64,000 bases of DNA from Bradyrhizobium sp. (lineage in GTDB: Bacteria > Pseudomonadota > Alphaproteobacteria > Rhizobiales > Xanthobacteraceae), in NCBI RefSeq assembly GCF_004799405.1, contig NZ_SSMW01000130.1:29238-93237 (forward strand), given 5' to 3'. Position 1 is the first letter of the stretch. Every line of letters starts with the position of its first letter. A program made the position numbers and the translations under genes. Shown here piece after piece: positions 28,438 through 38,218 of this stretch. Under the pieces are notes generated by a model, which made no database searches, was not told where the DNA came from, and saw only the letters and a program-made list of their open reading frames with translations.

Positions 28438-29151
28438 CTATAGCGCGCGGGCGGCCGCCAACACCTCGTCGGCATGGCCGTCAACCCTCACATGGCGCCA
28501 GATCCTTGCGACCCGGCCATCCGCACCAACCAGAACCGTGGTGCGAATAATGCCCTGGAAGGTCCTCCCATACATGGATTTTTCGCCCCAGGCACCATAG
28601 GCCTCCAGCATCCCGTGCGTTTCATCCGACAGCAGGGGAATGGAGAGCCGATGCTTGTCCCGAAAGGCTTCCTGCGTCTTGGGCGGGTCGGCCGAAATGC
28701 CGAGTATCGCGGTCCGGCTTTCGGCAAACGCATCTCCCAACCGGGTAAAGTCGATGGCCTCCCTGGTGCAGCCCGGCGTATCCGCGCGAGGGTAGAAGAA
28801 CAGCACCAGTTTTTCTCCCGCATAATCGGAAAGCGAGACGGTGTCGCCGCCGTCGCGCGGCAGATGGAAGGCCGGCGCCCTGGCGCCCTCGGCCAACCCC
28901 GATTTGCCGGCAGACGGCGCATGAGCTTTTCCGCCTAACGCGTTCCCTGCTGGCTGGTTTCTGGGCTTCGTCGGAGAGGACTTGGATTTGGTCGGGGAAG
29001 CGGACTTCGCGGGCCGGGCGGCCTTTGATTTACCTGCCGCTTTCCCGCCGGTTTTCGCGCGCGACGTTTTGACCGACGCCTTCCGTGCCGCCGCGGCGGG
29101 GGAGTTCCGAAGAGCTTTCCTGGGTGTTTTCTTGCGCGTTTTCTTGGACAT
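28438..29151 (-). CDS. bcp: peroxiredoxin Bcp with Lys/Ala/Pro-rich N-terminal extension
   Basis: Peroxiredoxin motif FFYPRADTPGCT. Track ORF 28438..29241 trimmed to ATG 29149-29151, preceded by AGGAAGG. The first ~88 aa are MSKKTRKKTPRKALRNSPAAAARKASVKTSRAKTGGKAAGKSKAARPAKSASPTKSKSSPTKP... Confidence 0.85.
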   Translation of the reverse strand: MSKKTRKKTPRKALRNSPAAAARKASVKTSRAKTGGKAAGKSKAARPAKSASPTKSKSSPTKPRNQPAGNALGGKAHAPSAGKSGLAEGARAPAFHLPRDGGDTVSLSDYAGEKLVLFFYPRADTPGCTREAIDFTRLGDAFAESRTAILGISADPPKTQEAFRDKHRLSIPLLSDETHGMLEAYGAWGEKSMYGRTFQGIIRTTVLVGADGRVARIWRHVRVDGHADEVLAAARAL

Positions 29152-29307
29152 ACGCCTTCCTTTCGTCGCTTTCGGCGGGCCAATCATTGGCCATTCCGGG
29201 TCTTGTCCTGGCAAGGCCGAATCGAGCTGGCCGCTGGGCAAATCTGATGGCCTCGGAGTATGGTTACAAGATTCGACACATCACCGACCGCTCGTTGAAC
29301 GTGCTCC

Positions 29308-32300
29308 TTGGGCCGCATGACGAGTAACGATACGAGTCAAGGATTGGCGGAGCCGGCACAGCAGCGCTCGTTAGGTGTCGACGGGCGAGGCCTTGGCGGC
29401 GACTTATCTTACAAACAGCGCCAGCACCGAGAGGCAATGGCAAGGAATACGTCGCCCCAGGGGTTGAATCCGCGTGCTGAAACCCAACTCCCGCAGTGGG
29501 ACGATGACGCTTGGGATCACGCGCAGGACGAGGCGGCGGGCCATCGTGCGCGCCGGCTGCTGGCCCGGCCGAGCTCCGGCTTTCATCGGCTTGGCGATCG
29601 CTTCGAGGCTTGGCGCCGTTGGCTGGCCGGGGAGCGCTGGGTAAGACGCCTCGCCGTCACGGCCGCCGTTCTGATGGCGATCTTTGCCGTGTGCTTCGGC
29701 GGACTGTGGTGGCGGCTTGGCGCCGGTCCGATCAATCTCGATATGGCGACGCCATGGCTGGCTGCGGCGATCGAGGACAATATCGGCCACGGCAATACCG
29801 TCGAAGTGGGCGGCACGCAGATCGAGCGGGCGGGCCGGATCCGCATCGCGGTGCGCATCCGCGACATCATCGTCCGGGATCGCGATCACGCCATCGTGGC
29901 GAGTGCGCCGAAAGCCGAGGTAAGACTGTCCGGTGCCGCGCTGTTGATGGGCCGGCTTCGCGCCGAGAGCCTCAACCTGGTGGGTGCCGAACTGGCGGTG
30001 CGCATCACGCGAGAGGGCTACGTTACGGTTTCGACCGGCGACACCTCAAAACCCCTGGCCACCGGCGTCGCATCGAAAAAAGACGCCGGCCTTGCGCCGA
30101 CATTTCCGCGCCAGGTGCCGTTAACGCCAATCCCCGGACCGGCTTCGCCGACTCCGCCCGCAGCCTTGTCTGGTGCTACTGCGACCGCCGCCGATAGCGC
30201 ACAAAGCGGATTGCTTGCCGGCCTCGATTGGCTCGACAGCCTGAGCTTGACCGGCCTCGATGGCCAGAACCTCAACGAAATCGGCTTGAAGAACGGCAAC
30301 CTGGTCGTCGACGATCAGCAACGCGGCAACAAATGGACGTTCGACAATGTCAGTTTGAGTCTTCGCCGGCCGAGCGGCGGCGGGGTGGCGCTCAGCGTTG
30401 GCGAAGATGGTGCCAATCCGTGGTCGCTTCGGGTCACGGTCGGTCCGCCCACCAATGGCGTGCGATCGGTCGATATCCGCGCCGACAAGGTCTCGACCAC
30501 GAACATCCTGCTGGCGCTGCGGGTAAAGGACCTGACCTACAGTGCGGATTTGCCGCTCAGCGGCGAATTGAAGGGCGAACTGGGCCGGGACGGCTTGCCG
30601 ACCTATTTCCGCGGCAAGATTACCGCCGGTGCCGGAACGATCATCGACAGCGATACGCCCGACTATCCGATGGCGATCGATTCGGCCGAAATGAACATCG
30701 AATGGGATTCCGGGCGGCGCGTACTGGTTGCGCCGTTCAAGATCGTTTCCGGCAAGAATCGCATCACGCTGCTGGCCCATCTTGAGCCGCCCAACGACAG
30801 CGTCGCCGATTGGCAGATGGGCTTGAGTGGCGGCACGATCGTGCTTGCCGCCGACGACGGCGAACCGGCGCTGATTTTCAATCGCATCGCTATCGGCTTT
30901 CGTTTCGACACCACAAGGCGGCGCGTGTTGCTGACCCAGGCCGACATCAGCAACGGCGACATTGGCATCGCCGGCACCGGCAGTGTCGATTATTCGGCGG
31001 AGCCGCGCCTGACCCTCGGTTTTGCCGGAACGCCGATGTCGGCATCCGCGCTCAAGCGGATGTGGCCGATCCTGATCGTTCCGGAGGTGCGCGAATGGGT
31101 GATTGAACGGGTCGAGCGCGGCTCGCTTCAGCGTATCGAGGTCGGCGTCAACTCGCCGGTTCACAACCTTTCGCGAAAAGGCCCGCCGATCCCCGACGAC
31201 GGGCTTTCCGTCAATATCGTCGCCAGCGGCGTGACGTTGCGGCCGGTCGACGAATTGCCGTCGGTGCAGGATGCAGATTTGAAAGCCCATGTGACCGGCC
31301 GCACCGCGACGGTGACGATCGGGCAGGGGTCGGTCGAGACCAAGGGGCAGCGCAAACTCAACATTACCGATCTGGTGTTCGAGGTGCCGGACATGGCGCC
31401 AAAGCCGGCGCCTGCCCGCGTCAAGTTTCACATCGATGGCCCGGTGCCGGCGGCGGCCGAAATTCTTGCGTCGGATCGCCTCAGTGAATTTTCCGGAACC
31501 TTGATCGACCCGAATACGAGCAAGGGGACGCTTTCCGCCATGGTCATGCTCGGGATGCCGATCAAGCGCGAACTGACCAAGGCCGACACCAGCTATGCCA
31601 TCACCGCCGACCTCGTCGGATTTGTCGCCGATCGGCTGGTGATGAATCAGAGGCTGGAAGCCAATACGCTGAAAGTCGTCGCCAACAACGCCGGCTATCA
31701 GGTCAAGGGCGACGTCCGGATCAATGGCCAGGCCGCTTCGCTGGATTATCGCAAGCCCAGCGACGGCGACGCCGACATCAAGGTACAGGCCACGCTTGAT
31801 GACGCCAGCCGCGCCAAACTCGGATTGGATCTTGGCTCCGCCGTCAGCGGCGCCGTCCCGATCAAGCTCAGCGGCAAGATCGGAGGTCTCGATCAGGACA
31901 GCCACCTCGGCATCGATTGCGACCTGACCTCGCTGAAGCTCGACAATATCCTGCCCGGCTGGATCAAGCTGCCGGGCAAGTCGAGCCGGGCGGTTTTCAA
32001 CGTGGTGCGGAAAGCACAGTCGACCCGTCTCGAAGACATCGTCATCGATGGCGGCGGCGTATCGATCAAGGGATCGCTCGAGGTCGATCAGAACAACGAC
32101 CTGATGAACGTCAACTTCCCGACCTACTCGCCTTCCGAGGGCGACAAGGCCTCGCTGAGGGTCGATCGCGGCGCCGACGGCGTCTACAAGGTGACCATGC
32201 GCGGCGATGTGTTCGACGGCCGCGGCTTTCTCAAGTCCACCATTTCGGGCAAGGATCCCGACGCCAAGAGCAAGACCAAGAACCTCGATTACGATCTCGA

Positions 32301-33060
32301 CGTGAAGCTCGGCGCGGTGGCCGGCTACAATGGCGAAGCGGCGCGCAGCGTCGATGTCAAGATGTCCAGGCGCAACGGAATCCTCAAGAATTTTGCGCTC
32401 GGCGGCAAGCTTGGACACGATACGCCGCTGACGGGCGATTTGCGGGGGCAGGCGCAAGGTCGCGAAGTGGTCTATCTCGAGACCAATGACGCCGGCGCGT
32501 TCTTCCGCTTCACCGACACCTACGCCAAGATGGTCGGAGGCCAGCTCGCTCTGGCGATGGATCCTCCGACGGTCGAGCCGCGCGCCAAAGAAGGCCTGAT
32601 CAACATCAGCGATTTCTCGATCAAGGGAGAATCGCTCCCGACGGGTACCGCACCCGGCACGCAGAACAGCACGTACTTTTCGAAATTGCGGGCGGAATTC
32701 ACCCGGCAGAACGGACAGCTCACGATCCACGAGGGCGTGGTGAAGGGACCGACGATCGGCGCGACCATCGAAGGTCGCATCGATTTCCCCGGCAACCAGG
32801 TGCGCATGCGCGGCACGTTTGTTCCGATGTACGGGCTGAACAATATGTTCGGCCAGATTCCGCTGTTCGGTCTCTTCCTCGGTGGGGGCAGCAATGAGGG
32901 CCTGATCGGGGTCACCTACGAGATCGTCGGGACGCCCGGCCAGCCGGTGCTGAACGTCAATCCGATTTCGGCGATCGCGCCGGGGGTGTTACGGAAAATC
33001 TTCGAGTTCGGCCCCAACAAGCAAGACAACCCGGTCGAGCTTCCGCCGAACAACAACTGA
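29308..33060 (+). CDS. large AsmA/YhdP/DUF3971-like envelope protein
   Basis: 1250 aa with a single N-terminal TM (VTAAVLMAIFAVCFGGLWW), a long beta-rich body and a C-terminal segment IPLFGLFLGGGSNEGLIGVTYEIVG, as in AsmA-like proteins (from memory). Confidence 0.65.
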   Translation: MGRMTSNDTSQGLAEPAQQRSLGVDGRGLGGDLSYKQRQHREAMARNTSPQGLNPRAETQLPQWDDDAWDHAQDEAAGHRARRLLARPSSGFHRLGDRFEAWRRWLAGERWVRRLAVTAAVLMAIFAVCFGGLWWRLGAGPINLDMATPWLAAAIEDNIGHGNTVEVGGTQIERAGRIRIAVRIRDIIVRDRDHAIVASAPKAEVRLSGAALLMGRLRAESLNLVGAELAVRITREGYVTVSTGDTSKPLATGVASKKDAGLAPTFPRQVPLTPIPGPASPTPPAALSGATATAADSAQSGLLAGLDWLDSLSLTGLDGQNLNEIGLKNGNLVVDDQQRGNKWTFDNVSLSLRRPSGGGVALSVGEDGANPWSLRVTVGPPTNGVRSVDIRADKVSTTNILLALRVKDLTYSADLPLSGELKGELGRDGLPTYFRGKITAGAGTIIDSDTPDYPMAIDSAEMNIEWDSGRRVLVAPFKIVSGKNRITLLAHLEPPNDSVADWQMGLSGGTIVLAADDGEPALIFNRIAIGFRFDTTRRRVLLTQADISNGDIGIAGTGSVDYSAEPRLTLGFAGTPMSASALKRMWPILIVPEVREWVIERVERGSLQRIEVGVNSPVHNLSRKGPPIPDDGLSVNIVASGVTLRPVDELPSVQDADLKAHVTGRTATVTIGQGSVETKGQRKLNITDLVFEVPDMAPKPAPARVKFHIDGPVPAAAEILASDRLSEFSGTLIDPNTSKGTLSAMVMLGMPIKRELTKADTSYAITADLVGFVADRLVMNQRLEANTLKVVANNAGYQVKGDVRINGQAASLDYRKPSDGDADIKVQATLDDASRAKLGLDLGSAVSGAVPIKLSGKIGGLDQDSHLGIDCDLTSLKLDNILPGWIKLPGKSSRAVFNVVRKAQSTRLEDIVIDGGGVSIKGSLEVDQNNDLMNVNFPTYSPSEGDKASLRVDRGADGVYKVTMRGDVFDGRGFLKSTISGKDPDAKSKTKNLDYDLDVKLGAVAGYNGEAARSVDVKMSRRNGILKNFALGGKLGHDTPLTGDLRGQAQGREVVYLETNDAGAFFRFTDTYAKMVGGQLALAMDPPTVEPRAKEGLINISDFSIKGESLPTGTAPGTQNSTYFSKLRAEFTRQNGQLTIHEGVVKGPTIGATIEGRIDFPGNQVRMRGTFVPMYGLNNMFGQIPLFGLFLGGGSNEGLIGVTYEIVGTPGQPVLNVNPISAIAPGVLRKIFEFGPNKQDNPVELPPNNN

Positions 33061-33110
33061 CCGGCCGCCACGCAGCGCCTTCCCATTTCCCCGATGCAGG
33101 CAGGGCCGAA

Positions 33111-33210
33111 CCAGAGCCTGATTGAACTGAGTTGAATCAGGCTCTGAGTCCTTTGTTTGGGCATGTTCTTTTCGGGAAACCGGCTGCCACTTTTCCGGAT
33201 CATGCTCTAG
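33111..33210. repeat. ~100-bp REP/MITE-like intergenic element, family A copy 2
   Basis: Hairpin CAGAGCCTGATTGAAC-TGA-GTTGAATCAGGCTCTG (33112-33146, one mismatch) plus an arm ...GGCTGCCACTTTTCCGGATCATGCTCTAG. It aligns by eye with 11718..11822 in the same orientation. Confidence 0.8.
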
Positions 33211-34460
33211 CGCCGCAGCGCGGGCACCAGCAGGAACGGCAGCATCCCCAGCACCACCGCCACCAGCGAGAACACGATCAACGGATTGTAGCTGTGGGTC
33301 CAGTCGTGAATCAGTCCGCCGCTCCAGGAACCGAACGCCGATCCCAGTCCGCTGCCGATCGAAATGGTGCCGTAGATGGTGCCGACCCGTTCGCCGCGAA
33401 AGATCTTCATCGCGGTCGCGGTCAACAGCGGGCCGCGCGATCCGATCATGCTGCCGAAGCAAATCACGAAACCCGTCAGCAGCCAGTAGTTCGGGTACCT
33501 TTGTATCAGCCAGAGCTGGATGATGCCGATGATCGAAACCGCGTAGCTGAACAGCACCGACGGGCGCCGCCCGATGATGCCGTCGAGCGAGGTGATGCCG
33601 AGCATGCCGAACAAAAGCACCACGCCGCTGAAACCCCAGGCGGTCGCCGCCTGCAAGGGCGGGAAGCCTGCATCGATCAGGTAGGCGACGATCTGCGCCG
33701 AAATCGCGTACATCCCGATGGCGGTAAAGAAGAACGTGGCGAACAGGGCCCAGAAGGCGTGGTGACGCATCGCGGTGAACAGCGTCCAGCCCTCATCGAC
33801 GAAATCCGGATCGGTCTTTTTGACGACATGCGGGGATCCGGTCGAGAACAGCCGCCATGGCAGCAGCAGCAGCGGCACCAGCAGGAACAGCGCGATGCCG
33901 CCGAACACCTGGTAGGCGCCGCGCCAGCCGATATGATCGATCAGGAGTTGCGAGGCCGGCAGCAGCAGCAGCACACCGGTGCCGGTCGCCGAATACACCA
34001 CCGCCATCGCGGTCGGCAGTCGCGGGCCAAACCAGCGGCCGAGCAGGATTGAATTGGGCACGTTGCCGATCAACGCGATGCCGATGCCCACGCACAGGCC
34101 GATGCTCAACTGGAACTGCCAGAGGTACTGGGCATGGGAGGCGATCAGAAACGACCCGCCGAGCAGCAGCAGGCCAATCGAATAGACGGCGCGCGGGCCG
34201 GAATGGTCGAACAGCCGGCCGATCAGCGGCGCCGTCAGTCCGCCGGCCAGCCAGATCAGCGAATAGACCGAGACCACCTGGGCGCGGTCCCAGCCGAAAT
34301 TCTCCGAAATGGGTTTGAGGAAAACCGTGAAGCTCTCGCCGAGCCCGCGGCCGATCACCGATAGTGCAAAGCACAATGCCAGCACTTTCAGCGCCACGCG
34401 CTGCGGTTTCAACGCTTGCGTCGCAGCGCTCTGGCTTGCGGCATTCGGGTCCATGACCAC
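33207..34460 (-). CDS. MFS transporter
   Basis: 417 aa with about 12 hydrophobic segments. Substrate unknown. Confidence 0.75.
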   Translation of the reverse strand: MVMDPNAASQSAATQALKPQRVALKVLALCFALSVIGRGLGESFTVFLKPISENFGWDRAQVVSVYSLIWLAGGLTAPLIGRLFDHSGPRAVYSIGLLLLGGSFLIASHAQYLWQFQLSIGLCVGIGIALIGNVPNSILLGRWFGPRLPTAMAVVYSATGTGVLLLLPASQLLIDHIGWRGAYQVFGGIALFLLVPLLLLPWRLFSTGSPHVVKKTDPDFVDEGWTLFTAMRHHAFWALFATFFFTAIGMYAISAQIVAYLIDAGFPPLQAATAWGFSGVVLLFGMLGITSLDGIIGRRPSVLFSYAVSIIGIIQLWLIQRYPNYWLLTGFVICFGSMIGSRGPLLTATAMKIFRGERVGTIYGTISIGSGLGSAFGSWSGGLIHDWTHSYNPLIVFSLVAVVLGMLPFLLVPALRR

Positions 34461-34509
34461 TAGGGAGCGCCTTTCCGCCGGAAGGAGCAGGGGTCTTGGG
34501 CGAATACGC

Positions 34510-35763
34510 CTATGCAGGCCTGAGCAGGACGTGGCGTTTCTTGCCCATCGACAATTTGATGACGCCTTCGGGCGTGAGGTCAGCCGGTTTCAGCACCATC
34601 TTCTCGTCGGTCACCGCGACATCGTTGACGCGCAAGCCGCCGCCCTTGATCTGGCGGCGCGCCTCGCCATTCGACGCGACGAGGCCCGCCTTGACGAACA
34701 GCGCCAGCACGCCGGCGCCGGCTTCCAGTTCGGCGCGGGAAATCTCTATCGCCGGAAGGTTTTCGGCGATCGCGCCTTCCTCAAACGTCTGCCGCGCGGT
34801 TTCGGCGGCGGTGCGGGCGGCCTCCGGTCCATGCAGCAGCGCGGTCGCGGCGTCCGCAAGGGCCTTCTTGGCTTCGTTGATCTCCGCACCGTGCAATTTG
34901 CCTAGCCGGGCGATCTCGCTCATCGGCAGGATCGTGAACAGCTTGAGAAACTTGACGACGTCGGCGTCTTCGACATTTCGCCAGTATTGCCAGAAGTCGT
35001 AAGGGCTGCATTGATCGGCGTTGAGCCAGATCGCGCCTTGCGCGGTCTTGCCCATCTTGGCGCCCGACGCCGTGGTGAGCAGCGCCGTGGTCAGCGCAAA
35101 CAATTGCGGCGTTCCCATGCGCCGGCCGAGGTCAACGCCGTTGACGATATTGCCCCACTGGTCCGAGCCGCCCATCTGCAGCCGGCAGCCGACCCGCCGC
35201 GACAGTTCGACGAAGTCGTAGGCCTGGCAGACCATGTAGTTGAACTCGATGAAGCTCATCTCCTGCTCGCGCTCGAGGCGCAGGCGCACCGAGTCCATCG
35301 CCAGCATGCGGTTGACCGAGAAATGCCGGCCGACGTCGCGCAGCATTTCGATCCAGTTCAATTTGGTCAGCCATTCGGCATTGTCGAGCATCACCGCATC
35401 GCTGGCGCCGGAACCATAGCGCAGCACCTTGGCGAACACGCCGCGGATGCTGGCCTTGTTAGCCTCGATTTCCTCGAGGCTTCGCAGCGCGCGCGATTCG
35501 TCCTTGCCGGAGGGATCGCCGACCATGGTGGTGCCGCCGCCCATCAGCGTGATCGGCTTGTTGCCGCTGCGCTGCAGCCAGTACAGCATCATCATGGTCA
35601 GGTAGTTGCCGATGTGCAGCGACGGCGCCGTGCAGTCGTAGCCGACATAGGCCGTCGCCTGACCCTTGGCGGCGAGCGCGTCGAGGCCCTCAAAGTCGGA
35701 ACATTGATGGATGAAGCCGCGTTCCTGCAGAATATTCAAAAAATCCGATTTAAAGGCGGTCAT
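34510..35763 (-). CDS. tyrS: tyrosine--tRNA ligase
   Basis: 417 aa with class I signature [15 protein letters not shown]-type loop GAKMGKT and a C-terminal S4-like domain. Confidence 0.95.
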   Translation of the reverse strand: MTAFKSDFLNILQERGFIHQCSDFEGLDALAAKGQATAYVGYDCTAPSLHIGNYLTMMMLYWLQRSGNKPITLMGGGTTMVGDPSGKDESRALRSLEEIEANKASIRGVFAKVLRYGSGASDAVMLDNAEWLTKLNWIEMLRDVGRHFSVNRMLAMDSVRLRLEREQEMSFIEFNYMVCQAYDFVELSRRVGCRLQMGGSDQWGNIVNGVDLGRRMGTPQLFALTTALLTTASGAKMGKTAQGAIWLNADQCSPYDFWQYWRNVEDADVVKFLKLFTILPMSEIARLGKLHGAEINEAKKALADAATALLHGPEAARTAAETARQTFEEGAIAENLPAIEISRAELEAGAGVLALFVKAGLVASNGEARRQIKGGGLRVNDVAVTDEKMVLKPADLTPEGVIKLSMGKKRHVLLRPA

Positions 35764-35925
35764 TTGTCTGCGACTCTGATCATTCTTATTTCACGCTATT
35801 TCTATCTAGTTGCGGAACCAAAGCGGATTTTGCTGCCGCTGCCCGGCATGTTGTGGCATTATAAGATGTGCTGGTTCGACACAAGCAGGGCGTCACGGGC
35901 AGGGCGTCGAGAAGGCACCATTTCG

Positions 35926-37029
35926 ATGATGATGACGGCGATCGGTCTGATGAGCGGCACCTCGCTCGACGGGGTCGATGTCGCCTTGATCGAAACCGAC
36001 GGCAAGCGGGTCCAGGCGTTTGGGCCTTCCGGCTATCGGCCGTACACGGAAACCGAGCGCAGCCTGCTGCGCCAGGCCCTGACGGAAGCCATCCATTTGC
36101 CGCAGCGCGATGCGCGGCCGGGCATCCTGCGCGAGGCCGAGCGGGCCGTCACCATTGCCCATGCCGAGGCGGTCGCCGCCTTTACCGCGCAGAACCATAT
36201 TACATGCGAGGACGTCGATATCGTCGGCTTTCACGGCCAGACCGTGCTGCATCGTCCCGCGCAGAAAATGACCGTGCAGATCGGCGATGCGGCGGCGCTG
36301 GCGAAAGCCATCCATATCCCGGTCATGCATGATTTTCGCGCGGCCGATGTCGCCGCCGGCGGCCAGGGCGCGCCTTTCGTGCCGGTCTATCACCGCGCGC
36401 TGGCGCAATCGCTGGAGCGCGAAGGACCGGTGGTCGTGGTCAATATCGGCGGCGTTTCCAACATCACCTACATCGACGGCGCCGACACCTTGATCGCCTG
36501 CGATACCGGGCCCGGCAACGCGTTGCTCGACGATTTCATCTTCCGCAAGACCGGCCAACCGTTTGATTGCGAAGGCCGCATGGCCGCCCAGGGCGCCGCC
36601 GACGAGGCCTGGGTCGCCCGTGGCCTGCAGCATCCCTTCTTTGCGCTGCCGCCGCCGAAATCGCTGGACCGAAACGACTTTGCCTCGCTGGCATTGCCCG
36701 ATGTTCCGCCGGCCGATGGCGCGGCGACCCTGACCGCTTTCACCGCGGCGGCCATCGCCCGAATCGTGCCATTGCTGCCGAAGGCGCCGCGGAGCTGGAT
36801 CGTTGCCGGCGGTGGCGCCCGCAATCTCACCATGATCAGGATGCTGCGCGAGCGGCTACAGCCTGCCACCGTCGAATCCGCGGACTCGCTGGGATGGTCG
36901 GCCGATTCGATCGAGGCGCAGGCGTTTGGTTTTCTGGCGGCGCGCGGCCTGAAAGGCCTGCCGCTCAGCTATCCCGCAACCACCGGCGTTCCGATCCCGA
37001 TGACGGGCGGGGTGATCGCACGGCCCTGA
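35926..37029 (+). CDS. anmK: anhydro-N-acetylmuramic acid kinase
   Basis: This is the C-terminal 368 aa of track ORF 34987..37029. It starts at an ATG triplet run (35926-35934) giving MMMTAIGLMSGTSLDGVDVALIE. The upstream 313 codons are antisense to tyrS. Confidence 0.9.
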   Translation: MMMTAIGLMSGTSLDGVDVALIETDGKRVQAFGPSGYRPYTETERSLLRQALTEAIHLPQRDARPGILREAERAVTIAHAEAVAAFTAQNHITCEDVDIVGFHGQTVLHRPAQKMTVQIGDAAALAKAIHIPVMHDFRAADVAAGGQGAPFVPVYHRALAQSLEREGPVVVVNIGGVSNITYIDGADTLIACDTGPGNALLDDFIFRKTGQPFDCEGRMAAQGAADEAWVARGLQHPFFALPPPKSLDRNDFASLALPDVPPADGAATLTAFTAAAIARIVPLLPKAPRSWIVAGGGARNLTMIRMLRERLQPATVESADSLGWSADSIEAQAFGFLAARGLKGLPLSYPATTGVPIPMTGGVIARP

Positions 37030-37044
37030 TCGCGCGATCCGTTG

Positions 37045-37557
37045 TCAGGCCTCGGCAGCCATCCGGGCAAGCGTCGCAACCGTATTCATGTTACGCGCGG
37101 TTCCTGTCCTGGCCGCGGGGATGACGAGTTTCGACGTGCCCATGCCTTGGCCGTAGTGGATGTAGATCTCGCGACGCCCCAACTTGACCTGTTCGTCCCG
37201 CTGGCCGCGAATGCCTGCCAGCGTGTCCGCTGAAGGGGCGCGATCGAGAAACACCGCCATGGTGCGGTTGGGCGCTGCTTTCGGAAATGGATTGTCGGCG
37301 AATACTTTGGCCATTTCGGCGGCGGTGCGCACCAGCACGCCGAGCGGCTTGCCGGCATAGGCTTCCAGCCGCTTTTCAAGGGCGGCCTTGATGGCGGCTT
37401 CGGGCTTGCGGCTGGTGAAGACGACATTGCCGCTGGCGATGTAGGTCCGGACGGCGCCGAACCCCAGCTCCTCGCAGATGTCCTTGAGATCGCTCATCGG
37501 CAATTTGCCGGTGCCGCCGACATTGACCGCGCGCAGCAGCGCCACGAACGAGCCCAT
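37045..37557 (-). CDS. DUF1697-family protein
   Basis: 170 aa with N-terminus FVALLRAVNVGGTGKLPMSDLK, typical of DUF1697 (from memory). Confidence 0.7.
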   Translation of the reverse strand: MGSFVALLRAVNVGGTGKLPMSDLKDICEELGFGAVRTYIASGNVVFTSRKPEAAIKAALEKRLEAYAGKPLGVLVRTAAEMAKVFADNPFPKAAPNRTMAVFLDRAPSADTLAGIRGQRDEQVKLGRREIYIHYGQGMGTSKLVIPAARTGTARNMNTVATLARMAAEA

Positions 37558-37570
37558 CGCCGTCCGACGC

Positions 37571-38218
37571 TCAGCGAACGTTGGCGAGGCGCATGTCGAG
37601 ATAACCCGTCACCGTTTCCATCAGCGGCTCCAGTTTGCCGTCGAAGAAATGGTTGGCGCCGGGAATGATCTGCTGGTCGATCACGATGCCCTTTTGGGTC
37701 TTGAGTTTTTCGACCAGCGTGTTGACGTCCTTGGGCGGCACCACGGCATCCTTCTCGCCATGCACGATCAGCCCCGACGAAGGGCAGGGCGCGAGAAACG
37801 AGAAATCGTAGAGATTGGCCGGTGGCGCAATCGAGATAAAACCTTCTACCTCCGGACGGCGCATCAACAGCTGCATGCCGATCCAGGCGCCGAACGAAAA
37901 GCCGGCGACCCAGCAGGCGCGCGCTTCCGGATTGATGGTCTGCGCCCAGTCGAGCGCGGACGCCGCATCCGACAGTTCGCCGGTGCCGTGATCGAACGAT
38001 CCCTGGCTGCGGCCGACGCCGCGAAAATTGAAGCGCAGCACCGAGAAGCCGCGATGCGCGAACGCGTAATAGCACTGGTAGATGATCTGGTGGTTCATCG
38101 TACCGTGAAACTGCGGGTGCGGATGCAGTATCATCGCAATCGGCGCATTCTTCTGCTTGGCCGGATGATAACGGCCTTCGAGGCGGCCTGCGGGGCCGGT
38201 GAAAATGACTTCAGGCAT
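37571..38218 (-). CDS. alpha/beta-fold hydrolase family protein
   Basis: 215 aa with GFSFGA nucleophile-elbow-like motif (GxSxG) and a short single-domain size. It ends 13 nt upstream of the DUF1697 gene. Confidence 0.6.
   Translation of the reverse strand: MPEVIFTGPAGRLEGRYHPAKQKNAPIAMILHPHPQFHGTMNHQIIYQCYYAFAHRGFSVLRFNFRGVGRSQGSFDHGTGELSDAASALDWAQTINPEARACWVAGFSFGAWIGMQLLMRRPEVEGFISIAPPANLYDFSFLAPCPSSGLIVHGEKDAVVPPKDVNTLVEKLKTQKGIVIDQQIIPGANHFFDGKLEPLMETVTGYLDMRLANVR

Noticed and set aside
30121-32730. 869-aa minus-strand ORF
   Set aside because: It is antisense to the 1250-aa AsmA-like gene. The composition is Arg/Asp/Gly-rich shadow type with no TM, signal peptide or motifs.
34987-35925. 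N-terminal 313 codons of track ORF 34987..37029
   Set aside because: This part is antisense to tyrS. The real anmK begins at the ATG run 35926-35934, which gives the canonical GLMSGTSLDGVD N-terminus.
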